A DNA stretch of 64,000 nt from Neocallimastix sp. 'constans' (taxonomy: Eukaryota), in NCBI GenBank assembly GCA_050613775.1, contig JBODTK010000128.1:124001-188000 (forward strand). The letters are read 5' to 3'. Made by a program: the position numbers and the translations under genes. The notes beneath the pieces were generated by a model. That model ran no database searches. It was not told the origin of the DNA and worked only from the letters and a program-made list of their open reading frames with translations. Below, piece after piece: positions 26,941 through 47,165 of this stretch (position 1 is the stretch's first letter; the number at the start of each line of letters is the position of its first letter).

Positions 26941-29421
26941 ATAAAAAAAAATTAATAAATCATTTAATCATTAATTTATTATTTATTAAGTTTATAAAAT
27001 TCAACATTTTCTTCAATAGCTGTTATTTTTATTAGTTATATATATTGGAAATATAAACTTTAATTAGTATTAAAAATTATAGATAAAAACATAATTTTAT
27101 TAATAATGATATTATGAAAAATTAAATATTAGAATACAATTGTGGCGTATAATAATTTACTTTCTAAAATATAAAATACAATAGATTTTTATAATACCAT
27201 AAAATTAGGTCAAATTAATATACTTCTAAAATCTTATATTAGTATAATTATTATATTAAATAAATTATACTTTATATTAAAGAAGACTTCATAACCTTTT
27301 ATAACAAATATACTTTAATATAATACTCTATTTTTAAATATACTTAAAAGTTTTACTATTCTTAATTATTATATAAATTATTTTGATTAATAAAAAATAT
27401 ATATATTTTTTTCTTTGATCTTTGGAAATAAGGAGAAATTATGTTAAATAAATAAATAAACATAAATATTATTAATAAAAAGTAAGCTTTTCATATATAA
27501 AAGATTAGAAAAGAACCCTTGAGTGTAGTCACCACAAAAAGTGGAATAAGTTTTTTTTTTTTTTTTTTGTTTTTTCATAATTTAAATATGAATATATATA
27601 TTAATATAAATATAGTATACAGAGTTTGATACTTTTTTTTTTTTTTTTGAGTAAATAAGGTAATATGACAAATATGGAAAAAAAATATATAAAAATTTGT
27701 TTATAAAAAATTTGATAGTTTGAGTTATTGATTATATGACATAAATAAAAATTTAAATAACATATTATAAATATATTATTTAATTAATTATTATTATATT
27801 ACAATACACATTTTTATAATTATTCTATTAATATTTTAATATAATTTTAATACCTATCTATTAATATATCATTTTTTTTGATTAAAATTTTAAAGTTATT
27901 ATATTCCAATAAATAGAATTAATATATAAATACATTTATTACCATAGCTTTTATTTGCATATTATTGACGATTTAAATAAATAATTAATTAAAATTTATT
28001 ATTCTATTCTAAATTAAACTTAAAATCTTAATAATTGAAGCTTTAAAAACTAATAGATTAGAATATATTATGCAGATATAAAATAATATATTTTATTAAT
28101 TATATATCTTAATTAAATATTAATAATTTTTTAAATAATTTAAATTAAATAATAATTATAATATTAATAATAAAAATTTAAATAATAATAAAAATTAAAA
28201 TTATAGTAATAAAAATTAAATTATATTAAATGCCATTTAATTAAATAAATGTATTACAGTATATTAATACATAATAAATTTATATATATAGATATAAATA
28301 TAATTAATATATTCTTTATAAGATAAAATTTTATTTTCAATAAATTTAATTATACTCTTAAAGAAATTAATCCATTTTTTTTGTTTTATACTTTATCTAA
28401 AAAGTATAATAATAAAAAAAAAAAAAAAAAAAAGGTTTCCGTTAAGCATAAATAATAACAATAAAAAGATTGAAATAATGATTGTTTTTAATAACCTAAA
28501 ATTATATGATAATGATTAAAAGTACATTGAATAGGGAATTCCTATATATTTCTTGTGTATTTAAATATAATATTTTTTTTATTTATAAAAAATATCATAA
28601 TTACTTTAAATTTATTTATTATTTATTACCTTTTTTATTATTTATTATCTATAAAATTTATTCATCGTTATTACGAATGAAACTACTCTAAATCATTTAT
28701 CAAAATAGCAGAGGAAAGAAATTAAATAATAAAATAGATTTAAACTATAAAAATATAAAATAATATTAATTATAATTTTTTATGAATGTTTGTTTAACTA
28801 TTTTTTTTTTTTTTTTCATTCAGTTTTATTTATTAATTATTAATTAATATTTTTTAATTATTTAATTATTAGTTCCAATTTAAAAAAATATTCTTTTTTA
28901 TTAATAATTTATTATTAATTTTAAATTTTCATAATTTAAAAGTTTATTTTAGTAATAAAAATATAAAATTTATTAAAAATATAATAAAAAGCAAATTATA
29001 TTTAAAACTATTTATGTCATTCTCTTAAACGAACAGTTTCTAAATATCATTTCTCTTTTTATATTTCTTTCTTTTCTTTTTTTAAATATTTTTAGTATTT
29101 ATTTATCTTTTTCTATTTTTTATCTTATCGTTTTTTAAATAAAGTGTTCTTTATAATTATTAAATAATTATTATTATAATAATTATAAATAATTTATTAT
29201 GTTGATAATCATTAATTAAAAATTTTTAATAAACACCCAAAAAAATCTTTTTTAGTAATATTTTAGAAGAAAAAAAAAAAAATTTTTTTTTTTTTTTACT
29301 TTGAAATTTTTTTATAAAATTTAAAAAAAGGAAATATTTAAATTTTATAAAAAATTCATATTCTAATTTGATTGAATGTTGTAATGTCTGTTATTATATT
29401 GTAGAGTTTAACTTTCAACAA

Positions 29422-29461
<40 letters not shown>

Positions 29462-30888
29462 AATAAATAAATAAATAAATAGACATTTAATGTTTGAATG
29501 TAACAATATAGTTTGATTTGACAAAAAAAAATAAGCTATATTGGTCTAGATTAACAAACTTTTTTTTTTTTTCAAAATAATAACAAACAGAACATCTACA
29601 TTTTAATTAGAATAATATTTTTTTTCTTAAAAAAATATTTATATATTTCAGAAGTAATATATAAAGTAAAGGTTAATAATATAAATAAAAATAATTAATC
29701 TAATATAAAAATAAGCCATAAATACAATATAAAATAAAATAAAGCAAATAAGAGTTTTAAAGTATTCAAAATATAAAATAAAATATAATATATACATATA
29801 ATAGAATTTTAAAAGGAAAATAAAAAAAAAAAAAAGAAAGAAAATAAAATATTATAATAAAAATTAAAGATTACAAAGAAATTGAGCAAAATTAATAAAA
29901 GTTATAATCATAGAAATAATATTAATAATACTTTTACAATATATAAGTAAAATATATAGCTCTTTACTTTTTTTTTACGACAATAAATAAATATATTTTA
30001 TTCAATTCTCATTATATTCAGAGTTTAATTTTAAATAAATACCCATTATTTTCCTTAATAAGTTGTAGATATTAAATAACTCAATCCTTGTCAATATATA
30101 TATATTTTTCCTTTTTTTTTTTTAAATGTAGATTATTAATTTTAATTAAATATATAAATATTAACAAATGCTAAATAGCTATTTAATTTTTTTTTTAATT
30201 GTTTGTTATAATTGAGATAATTATATTTAAAATAAATTAAAACAATACTATTCATTTAATAAATTCAGACATTAATACAATCTAATATAAATAATATATA
30301 AATAATATTAATAGCTCAAGACAAAAGCCAATTTATAATTAATTTATAATTATAAAAAATTATATATATATGTAATACCATACTTATTGCAGGACGACAT
30401 TTCATAAATTAATTGTAAGTCTATTATTTTTTTTTTTTATACTTCAATTGTATAATAAATTTATCTTGATAATATATATAATATGAAATTATATTTTTAA
30501 AAATTAGAAAAAAAATATATATATATATAATTATCATATCAAAAATAGTTAATAAGTATATAAGACAATTTTATTATTATTATTATTAGTATTATTACAA
30601 TAAAATATAAAAAATTATATATATTATCAATAATAAATATAAATTTCTTTAAATTTTAAATTTTTATATATTTATAATTTTATAAAATGTTTATTATATA
30701 TATTACATTATATTGGTATAATCATAATTTTTATATTTAAATAATAAAATAAAATAAAATATAATAAAATACGAATCAGATATTACATATACACTCTGAA
30801 TATTTTAAAAACCAACAAACCAAAGTTGACATTGTATAGTTTAAATTTTAATTTATATATTAATCTTTTAATTTAATTAAAGAACAAA

Positions 30889-33130
<2,242 letters not shown>

Positions 33131-33422
33131 AATTTAAAAAAAAAAAAAATAAATAAATAAATGTTTATATATAAAATGTATTTGAATAAAATAATAAGAA
33201 GAAGAAGAAGAAAGAAAGAAAGTATAAGAAAAAAGAAAAGTAAAAGTAAAAGAAGGGAATATTAAAATAAAAAATAAATTTTTTTTTAATAGTAAAATAA
33301 ATATATTTATAAATATAATTATTAATATTATTATTAATATTAGCATAAATGAATACTAATATTAAAAGATATTATTAATAAAATCTGTTTTTATTAATAA
33401 AAAAAAATTATATATACATATA

Positions 33423-33461
<39 letters not shown>

Positions 33462-33736
33462 AAGCAAAACAAAAAAAACTCAGTACAACATATATATATA
33501 AATATATAAAAAAAAAATTGTTAATAATAAAATTTTATATTAAATTATTATTATTATTATTATCTAAAAGAAAAATTATATATATTGGTACAAATTATTT
33601 TATTATTATTAATTTGAATTAGTAAAGTTGTGATTAATAATAATAATAATAATAATTTAATAATATATCAAATATAAAACAATAAGTACACAAATAAGAT
33701 AAATATATATATATAATTAAAAAAAGAAAAAAAGAG

Positions 33737-33770
<34 letters not shown>

Positions 33771-34029
33771 TATAAATTATCAATGGAAATATTAATTCAT
33801 ATAAAATATAAAATATGAATAAAAGATAAAAGAGTTAAATTTTAAATATCAATTAATAATAATAGTAATAATAAACAAGAGGTAAAGAAAAGAGGAAAAG
33901 AATATATTATATATATAATGAATTTTAAAACATTATTTTATATTATTCTTTAATCCTTTTATTTTTTTTTTTTATTTCTTTTCATTTCTATTTATTCCAC
34001 TCTTTTTAACACTATTATATATGTTATTT

Positions 34030-34071
<42 letters not shown>

Positions 34072-34712
34072 GAACTATTTTATAACATTTTATAACCATT
34101 TTATATTTTTAAAAAAAGATGTTACATAGTAATATATTTATATATTTTTCAATTAATAATAGAATAAAAAAAAATTTTTTTTTTCTTATAATATTTTTTT
34201 TTTAAATATTTCCTCCCTAAATTTTATTTTATTTTTTTTATTTTTTATACTACATTCTTCATAATAATTTTGTTTATTATTATATTATTATTTATTTATT
34301 TATTTAAATAATTTATATATAGAATATTATAAGTATTTTATTTATTAATATAGGACTTATATGTACTTTTTTTTTTTAGTAAAATTAATTTTAAAATTAT
34401 ATTAAAAAAATATATATATTTATTTAATAGACAATTTACTTTTTTTTTTTTTTTTTTTTTCATCTATTATTTTATTTTTATTTTTATTTTTATTTTTATT
34501 TTTATTTTTATTTTTATTTTTATTTTTATTTTTATTTTTATTTTTATTTTTATTTTTATTTTTATTTTTATTTTTATTTTTATTTTTATTTTTATTTTTA
34601 TTTTTTATCTACTATCAATAGTAATATTAAATTCTACTAATATGACTAATACTACGACTACCTAATAAATAATACTATAGTTTTTTTTTTTTTTTTTATA
34701 TTATTATTTTAG

Positions 34713-34750
<38 letters not shown>

Positions 34751-34925
34751 ATTTATAATATATATAAAAAAATAAAATAAAATTTCAATATTTTTTAATA
34801 ATTAATAAATTAATAAATAAAGCAATGGAAGTGTATTATTATCTTCCATATATCTACGCAAAAAAAAAAAAAATAAAAAAAAAAAAAAAGTAATTATATT
34901 ATACTTTATAAAATATATTATTATA

Positions 34926-36145
34926 GGTTAGGGTTTTTAAATGATTTATTAGAGTTGCATTTCGACAAGTTGTCTATTGAAATAAATGAATGAATGAATA
35001 AGTAAATAAAAATTCAAAATAATTTTTTTTAAACTTGTTTTTATTATATTTTATAATTAATTATAGATATTTTTTAATATTTTGTAAAATAGTAATAAAA
35101 TTATTATTAATAATATTTAATTATAAAAATATATTTAATTATAAAGATATATTTTAATATTTTGTAAAATAGTAATAATTATTTATAATATTTAATTATA
35201 AAAATATATTTAATAATAAAGATATATTTTAATATTTTGTAAAAAACAATATTATTATAATAATATTTTAATTATAAAAATATATTTTTAAAATAATAAT
35301 ATTTTATCATTAAAAATATATTTTAATGTTCTTAAGCTAATCTAATCCAATAAAGATTAAAAATACTTTAATCAATATTTTAAATAATTTCTTTTTTTTT
35401 TTTAGTGTAACTAATAAAGTATTTATTTGAGATTATTATATTTTTTATTATATAAAGTATAAAAATTTTTATATTATAATTTTATATTTATTTTTATATT
35501 TAATAACTATTATTATTTTCATCGTTAATATAAAAATATTATTACTGATGTTTCTGTAATTATTGCTACAGTTTATATTATTTATTTATTATTTATTGTA
35601 TATTATTTATTATAAATTTATAAAATACTATAAGAAAAACTTTTTTACGTTTTTCTAAAGTAGATAAATATTATTTTTATTAATTCATTTGTAAATATAT
35701 TTGTAGATAATAATAATAATTATTATTTATAATTTAATCGTTTATTATTATTATTAATGACAATCCTTTTATAATTATAACACTACTGTTTATATTATTA
35801 TTATTTTTTTTTTATTAATTATTTATTATTTATTTAGTTAAACAGATATTTATGTAATATTATTTTTATTAATTCATTTATATATATATTTGTAAATAAT
35901 AATAATTATTATTTATAATTTTAATCGTCATTATTATTATTAATGAGAATCCTTTTATAATTATTACTATACTGTTTTTTTATTATTATTTTTTTTTTTA
36001 TTATTTATTATTTATCAATTATTTATTATTTATTTATTTATTTAAAAAGATATTTGTAAAGGTAAATACCTTTACAAATATCTTTTTATTATTTAAATAT
36101 TTACTTCAAAAATATAAAAGATATCTATACAAGAGGTTAGGGTAT
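34926..36145. repeat. Composite repeat block: ~60-bp and ~187-bp degenerate tandem units plus a 22-bp perfect hairpin, bounded by ggttagggt motifs
   Basis: Repeated tattttgtaaaa units at 35060-35290, duplicated segments starting near 35670 and 35857, and a palindrome at 36043-36088. Possibly a non-autonomous transposon. Confidence 0.45.
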
Positions 36146-36149
36146 TAAA

Positions 36150-36181
<32 letters not shown>

Positions 36182-36289
36182 TATATATATATATATAATT
36201 AAAAATTTTATATAAATATATATTATATATATTATATATATTTTTATTTCTTTAACAAACTAATTTAGAGAAAATAAAACATCTTAATT

Positions 36290-37720
36290 TGATAAAGTAA
36301 TATATATTTTATGATTTTTATTTATCATGTTTTAAAGTTCATCTTCAACAAATAAAATAATTATTTTATTTCTACTTTTTATTTTATTTTAATTATATAA
36401 ATCTGATTATATTACATTATTCAATAAATATTCTATTCATGTTAAGTATGAACCATATTACGGTTAAATAATAAATGATACTAATAATATTTATATATAA
36501 AGTATATAGATGTTATTATGATTTATAGCAATAATGATATTCCATATATTAAACTTTATTTTTAACATTCCTCCCCAAGTTTAACACCCTTATAACATAT
36601 AATTCATTTAGAAAGAATGGTTTTTTCTGAATTTATTCATATGAGATGAATTTAAATATTTTTTAAATACATTGGCTAAATTTTTGTTCTGATTTAATAT
36701 ATTTAATATAATATAATTTTATTTTACCTTCTCAAATTAGTTCAATTATTTTATGATATTTTAAGACAATGTGTTTTGATTTTAAGATTTATGACTTTAT
36801 TTTTGCAATTATAAATTGTAGTCTTATTAGAATTAATTATTATATTATAATTATATTATATTATATTATTTATTATATTATATTCAATTCCTTAAATAAA
36901 TTTTTTATTCCATAAATACTAACGAGCACATTTACGTATTCCGTAGTATTCACTTTCTGCGGTCGAAAAAGCTACCGTATTTTGTAATTTTGAGTACTAA
37001 CTCAAAAGTTCTGAATTCGTTGTCATTACAAATTCCGTGGTAGATTCTCCAATATTTGAATCACCGTCTAAGTCTACATCAACATAAATTTCAAAATCAC
37101 ATTTGTCATCTTTTTCTAAATTTTATTTTATAGTTGGGTTTGTATTTTAGATATCCAAATATTTTTAAAACATTGAATCAATATTCATATCTAGGATTTT
37201 TGACTCTCCTCTTTGGTGTTTTACTTAACCGAGTTTAGAATATATAGCCTTTTACAAATAGCTAGATACCATAAATTTCCAAAACAACTTGACTATATTT
37301 GGTTGAATTAAAGGATTTTTTGTTTTAATTCATCAATTATGAATTGGAATCATATTTGAAGATAATTCAAATTTATCTATATCATATTTCTTAAAAAAAA
37401 AAAAAAAAAAAAAAAATATCATTCATGCATTTTTTTTTTATTTGGTGAATTAAATATCCATTTTTGTATTTGATAAAATTTTCTAAATTTTATACTAATT
37501 ATGAAGTCAACATAAACTATATAGGCTATTTCAAATTTATTTTTTAATAGATTTATAATTTTAATAGTTTCTTTTACTTCACCTTTAATGAGTATATCAT
37601 CTACATACGTTCTTAATAGACATTTTAATTTAATTTAATTTTTTTTTCTAACATTTTAACATACAAATAGGGCTCACCTAATAAATTTTTTAAAATTTTA
37701 TATTCAATAGAACTTTATTT
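36290..37720 (-). mobile_element. Decayed Ty1/Copia retrotransposon 3' part (RT, RNase H, PPT, 3' LTR)
   Basis: Minus strand gives TYVDDILIKG (RT) and IYVDVDLDGD...QNTVAFSTAESEY (RNase H). PPT ggggaggaa at 36576-36568 is followed by LTR start TGTTAAAAATAAAGTTTAATATATG at 36567, nearly identical to the LTR start at 60330. Left boundary approximate. Confidence 0.85.
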
Positions 37721-38452
37721 AATGGGTCGATAAAAAATTGGATGTAGCTTAGCTCTTAAAAATAATTGTAGTAAAGCTTGGAAATAGGTAAAAAAAAAAA
37801 AAAAATTACAAAAAATAAATAATCAATCATTCACAATCTCTCATCTTATTAAAGACAATAACAAAAAATTAAAATCTTCTACAGATGAAGAATTAAAAGC
37901 TTGAAATTTTCATTACTATAAATTTCTAGCGTCAGATTTTTCAGGTCAACGTCATTCTAAAGATTTCTGAAAAGATTCTGATGAACTTAGAAATTTAGGA
38001 AATCCAAGGTTACGTTCACGGGAAATTAACTATGATGGAATTCAAATTTTTTAATAATAGTAACCCCTACTTTTTATTTTTCAAGACAAGAGTTACCTAA
38101 ACCAGATTGCTGTATCTACTTGAAGGATTTTCCAATGTGAATAGTTTTATATTTCTTTATTGTATTTCTAAAGAACTCAAAATTCCTTCTCTTTCAGCGA
38201 AATGTGTGATTGTTAAGGTAAGATGTTTTTAAAAAAAATGGAAAAAACTCGAAATGTATTTAATCTCTGATTTACTTAAAAGAAAGAAAGATATTTCATG
38301 TTGTAGACGTCAATTATGGGATAAAGAAAGTTAAAAATTTTAAACAGACAAATTAGATAAATTTTCATCAAAAAAAAAAAAAAAAAAAGCATTTATAAAC
38401 TTTTTTTTTATGATAGAGATAAGACAGGAAAAAATCAATCAAGGCTAAAGGC

Positions 38453-38484
<32 letters not shown>

Positions 38485-38773
38485 AATTTGAGAAAAGTAG
38501 AGACTAACCTAAAGCTAAACTTATAAAAAATATCCTGAATATACCACCATTGGTTTTCTGATGTGTATTTCATGTCAGATGTGAAATATAAATTCGATGC
38601 TCGTATTGACAAAGCTGCCAATAGGATTGAAAACAACTTTCCAGAACGGTGTCCTTGTTGTTATAGCAAAAAATAATAATCCTTGATTGGAAACATTGGT
38701 TTTCTAAATTCTATCTTTTTTTTTTTGAATTTCGAATGAAATATTTTATAGATATTTAAATTCTTTATGAAAA

Positions 38774-38810
<37 letters not shown>

Positions 38811-40275
38811 TAATTACCAAGTATTGTTCAATATCAAATAGTAATGTAAGTACTGTTGTCACAGATATGAATAATAATAGAATTAAGTACTGATTCGGAT
38901 AATAGTAGCAAAGAGTATAATATTAATTATAATAACAATAGAAATTAACGAAACTCTTAACCAGCAAATTAGTAATCATGACTCATACTCTTTCCAAAAT
39001 CTATTAATTTTTTTTATTTATCATATTTAGAATACTATAGAAATTAGTAGTGTTTTATCGATTAAATAATAAAACCAGAAAGATTTATTTTATTAATAAT
39101 TTTTATCATTATTTATCATTTTCCAGAAAGAAAACTTATTTTCTTGAATTTTTCTTGGACTTATTTTCTTCAACTACTAATAATTAATAATAATTAAGGA
39201 CAAATGTTCTTTCATAAAAACTATAAATAGGTGTAAAATTTCACAATAAAATATTTTTAAATTTCGCACTTTTATTAATTAGTTATAAGTAATTTAGAAT
39301 ATTATATTAACTAATTATTAAATAATAATTAATATTTATATTATTGAATAAATTAATAAAACTCGTTCATTATAAAACATAGTTTAAATTACTTAGTGTT
39401 ATGAACCTATCGTGTAAATATGTTTAATTAAAATATTTAAACAAACTCCCTTATTACAAATAACAATAAAAATAATATTGTTAATAATAGTAGAATTACT
39501 GATAAAGAAAATATTAATATTAATATTAATAATAGTGAAAAATAATAGTATCGTTACTAATAATGTAGTGAATAGGTCAAATGGCTTATTAATTGTGTTA
39601 ATATTAATAATTTTCTGAATAATTTTCCGAATAATGAGTGTGCAAATATATATGTGACGCGGTACCGACTGTATAACTTACTTCTTGGTGGAAGAGATGA
39701 AGATATCATTGATTTAAATTATAAAAAAAAAAAAAAAAAAAAAAGGAATGGATCATTTTGTTTAATAACCAAATCATTTCTGGTGATTATTCAAAAAAAC
39801 GCCATTCTCTGTGTGATCTGCAGCTCTCTTTACAGAAATTATGCCTAGGGCTAGTATTCTACAAGGATTGCTATTCCGACGGTATAAGTGCAAACTAACC
39901 ATGGAGGGTCAACGCTGAAAATACAGTAAGACAAACTAACAGGGTTCAATGCCTCTGTAGGAGAAGACCATAATATCTTTCAGATCGTCAATTCAAACCC
40001 TTATCCCGGAATAGAAATTCTTTTTAAATAGAAAACTTATAATTGGAGATGAATCTCATATCCTATGAACTTTTTTTCTGAATATATTTATTCACTCTAT
40101 TTTGAATACTAATTTTTATTTCACATTTCTATTTAAAATAGTATTATACTCTAATTGGACAAACAATATTTATTTATTTATTATTTTTATTTTTTTCTTT
40201 AATATATTTTTGTGTTTTTTATAAAAAAAAATATTCACATGTAATTAATAAACTTGTAAATAAATAAAGCCAAAG
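37720..40275 (+). mobile_element. Decayed LINE-like non-LTR retrotransposon, copy B (RT core apparently deleted)
   Basis: LYCISKELKIPSLSAKCVIVKVRCF, YKFDARIDKAANRIENNFPERCPCC...HWF, YNLLLGGR, and a 3' UTR collinear with 13400-13900 (inverted). Confidence 0.8.
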
Positions 40276-40579
40276 ATCAAATTTTATTTTTTAACTAATA
40301 TTTTGAAGGTAAAAATATATATATATATATATATATAAGTAAAAGTTTTATATAAAAATAGTAAACTTTTGAATAAACTCTATATATATATATATATTTC
40401 TTCAATAAGATAATTATAATTTTAATAAGTTTAATATATATATATATTTTAATTAAGAAAATAAATAAATAAAATAAAATAATATAAAATAACACCAAAA
40501 TTATATTTTTTCTTTAATAAACTAACTAATATATTTTAAAAATTTTTTATTTATTTGTTTTTTTATTTTTTTATTATTT

Positions 40580-40627
<48 letters not shown>

Positions 40628-40629
40628 AT

Positions 40630-40671
<42 letters not shown>

Positions 40672-41489
40672 ATAATTTTTGAGATTTTTTTAAATGAAAT
40701 ATATGAAATATATAAATATTTATTTATTATACTTTTGAGATTATAATACCCCCAAAAAAATTTGAGTAGCTTTTTTAGATAAATTAGAATTTATAAAATA
40801 TAAGAAAATTAATAAAAAAAAAATATTAAAATGGAAACATTTAGGAAAATTTTTAAATTAAATAATTATTTATATTGCACTTTTTTAGTTAAGTAAAAAA
40901 GAATATCTGTATCAGTAAAATTTTTTCATAAAATACAAAATGTTTTTTATGGTAATTAGTGTTTTAAAACAATAAGCAAATTGTTTCACTTTTAATTTTT
41001 TTTTTTTAAGACCTTTTTTTTTTTTTTTTGGGTTTAATTAAAAATGGATAAAATTTTATAATAAAAAAAAAAAAAAAAAAAAAAAAAAATATGGATGATT
41101 TAAATCAATTAATTATTAGATATACAATAACCTTTTTTTTTTTTTTTTTTTTTTTTTGAAGTATATATTTTTCCGATAGAAATTGATTATATATAAGATT
41201 TATAAAATCTTAATCTAAAAAAAATAAAAAATTAAAATATTTATATAAAATAAAATAAAATAAAAAAATAAGTAAAGATAAAAATAAAAGAAAAATATGA
41301 AAATTATGATTAATAATAATCTAACATGATATTTGTTATATAAAAAAAATGTAATTAACCATTTTTTTTTTAAATATATATATATGTTTATGTTTTTGAT
41401 ATTTTTATGAAATTTTTTCTCTTTACCGTTGATAAAAACAATAAATACAGACATTCCTTTTTAGTAAACTAAACAAGTACAATATATAT

Positions 41490-41560
<71 letters not shown>

Positions 41561-41634
41561 AAATAGTATTAAAATTTAAAAAATATTTATAAGATAAAAA
41601 TTATCATTTTAAAGCATATATATAATATTGAAAT

Positions 41635-45012
<3,378 letters not shown>

Positions 45013-45037
45013 TTATAAATAAAACATAAATTAAAAC

Positions 45038-45091
<54 letters not shown>

Positions 45092-45436
45092 TTATACTAA
45101 AAGATTGAATTTATTTTAAAAAGTTTAATGTATTTATAATTTGTTTAAATATTAATTACAAACAGTATCATTAATATTGAATATTAATTTTTTTTTTTTT
45201 TTTTTTTTTTTATTATTATTATTATTTTATTTTAACAAAAATAAAATATTTTTGTAATGCTAATTGCATTATTATATATTTAATATTTATTATTTCACTT
45301 AAAATTGTATAAAATAAAACAAAATTATAAAAAAAATTATTAAATTATAAGACATTAAAAATTAAATATATAATTCTATTTTTAAAATATTAAATAAAAT
45401 TGAACATACTATTTTAATCTTCAATAACAGTATAAG

Positions 45437-45467
<31 letters not shown>

Positions 45468-45612
45468 ATAATTATTTTAAAAAGTAGTAAAATAATAAAT
45501 AACAACACATATTAAAGTTATATGCTAGACTAAATATGCATATATAATCAATATATACATATTATAGATATATCAAACATATATACTGTTTGTACGCATA
45601 TTTATGTCAATA

Positions 45613-45984
45613 TGTAACATTTATACATTTATGCTTTTATTTTTTTATTTTTTTTTTTTCTCACATATAACTATTCTTTGTTAATAAAAGTGTTAAAACC
45701 TCTATAAATACTATTTATATCATAACGTAGCTGAAGTTACGTTGGGTGTTATGAGGGCTGAGGAACGCAATTGATATGTGCCTCATAATCACTGTATAAT
45801 CAGCTTAGATATTCGCTTATCATTACAATTATCATATAAATTACCAATATACAAAAGCGAAGTGTAGTATATACATGAATGTGTATATATTACTCAAGCA
45901 GAGAGTAATAAAACATATTATTTATTTATCAATAATAATTATTATTATTTTAATATTTTTTTGTATTTCATAATATATATTACA
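45613..45984. mobile_element. Possible solo LTR containing a structured GC-richer core
   Basis: TGTAAC...TTACA ends, flanks caata/aaata (4 of 5 match), internal ctataaata and aataaa, and several hairpins. Confidence 0.35.
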
Positions 45985-46894
45985 AAATAAATTACTTTAT
46001 AGGTAATAAAAGAAATAATATTAAATAGCAAATAATATAATTGTTGATGATGAATTTCATGATTTTGATATTAGATATAGCAATAAAAAATCTTCTAGAT
46101 TATTTATTATTAAATAAAAATAAAAAGAAAATGTAAATGTAAATGAAAATGAAAATGGAAAGAAAAAGAAAAAAAAGCAGTAATATTAAAAAAATTTAAT
46201 AATGAATATCAATAAAAAAATTTTTAGTTAGAAAAAAAAAAAAAAAAAAAAAAACTATATGTATGTTTAAGGTTCTTTCCCTATTCAAAATGAATATGTA
46301 TCAAGTCATTTGAATGATTTTTTGATAAAATACATAATTAGAAATTAGAAACAATAATGATATATATTAATTATTATAAAATAAATAAAATAGCTCTCTT
46401 TTTATTTCTCTTTCTCTGTACGTACATATATATATCTTAATTTATGATTAATTTATTGTTAACAATTAAAAAAATTTATATCTTTATGTAATATTTATAT
46501 TATATACAAAAAAAATAATTATGTATGTATTTGTAAATTTGTGAATAGTTATAAATATATAATACAAAATATAAATTTATATTTAAGGAAAATAAAGTTA
46601 TAATAGTGGGTGACATAATTTGTATAACGGCAATAATATATGTACAACATTTAATAAATTTAATATATATATAAATTATGTTAACTTTAATTATATTAAT
46701 AAATAATATAAAATTAAAAATGAATCATATTACTTACAATTATATGAATATGAATATATTAATAATTTATATAAAAAAAAAAAAATCATTTTTATAAAGT
46801 TTATATTATTGTTTATGTTAGACTGTAAAATTATTCTATTTATTATGGAATAATAAAAAAAAAAAACTATGTATATATACTGCTTATATTTTAT

Positions 46895-47165
46895 TTTATT
46901 TTATTTTATTTTATTCAATCTGTACTTTCTTATTTAATATTCTACTTTTTATTTTATTTTATTTTATTCAATCTGTACTTTCTTATTTAATATTCTACTT
47001 TTTATTTTATTTTATTTTATTCAATCTGTACTTTCTTATTTAATATTCTACTTTTTATTTTATTTTATTTTATTCAATCTGTACTTTCTTATTTAATATT
47101 CTACTTTTTATTTTATTTTATTTTATTCAATCTGTACTTTCTTATTTAATATTCTACTTTTTATT
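46895..47165. repeat. 53-bp tandem repeat, 5 copies
   Basis: caatctgtactttcttatttaatattctac recurs at 46916, 46969, 47022, 47075 and 47128. Confidence 0.95.

Noticed and set aside
34926..36145. ttaggg as an interstitial telomere
   Set aside because: Only single units are present, not arrays.
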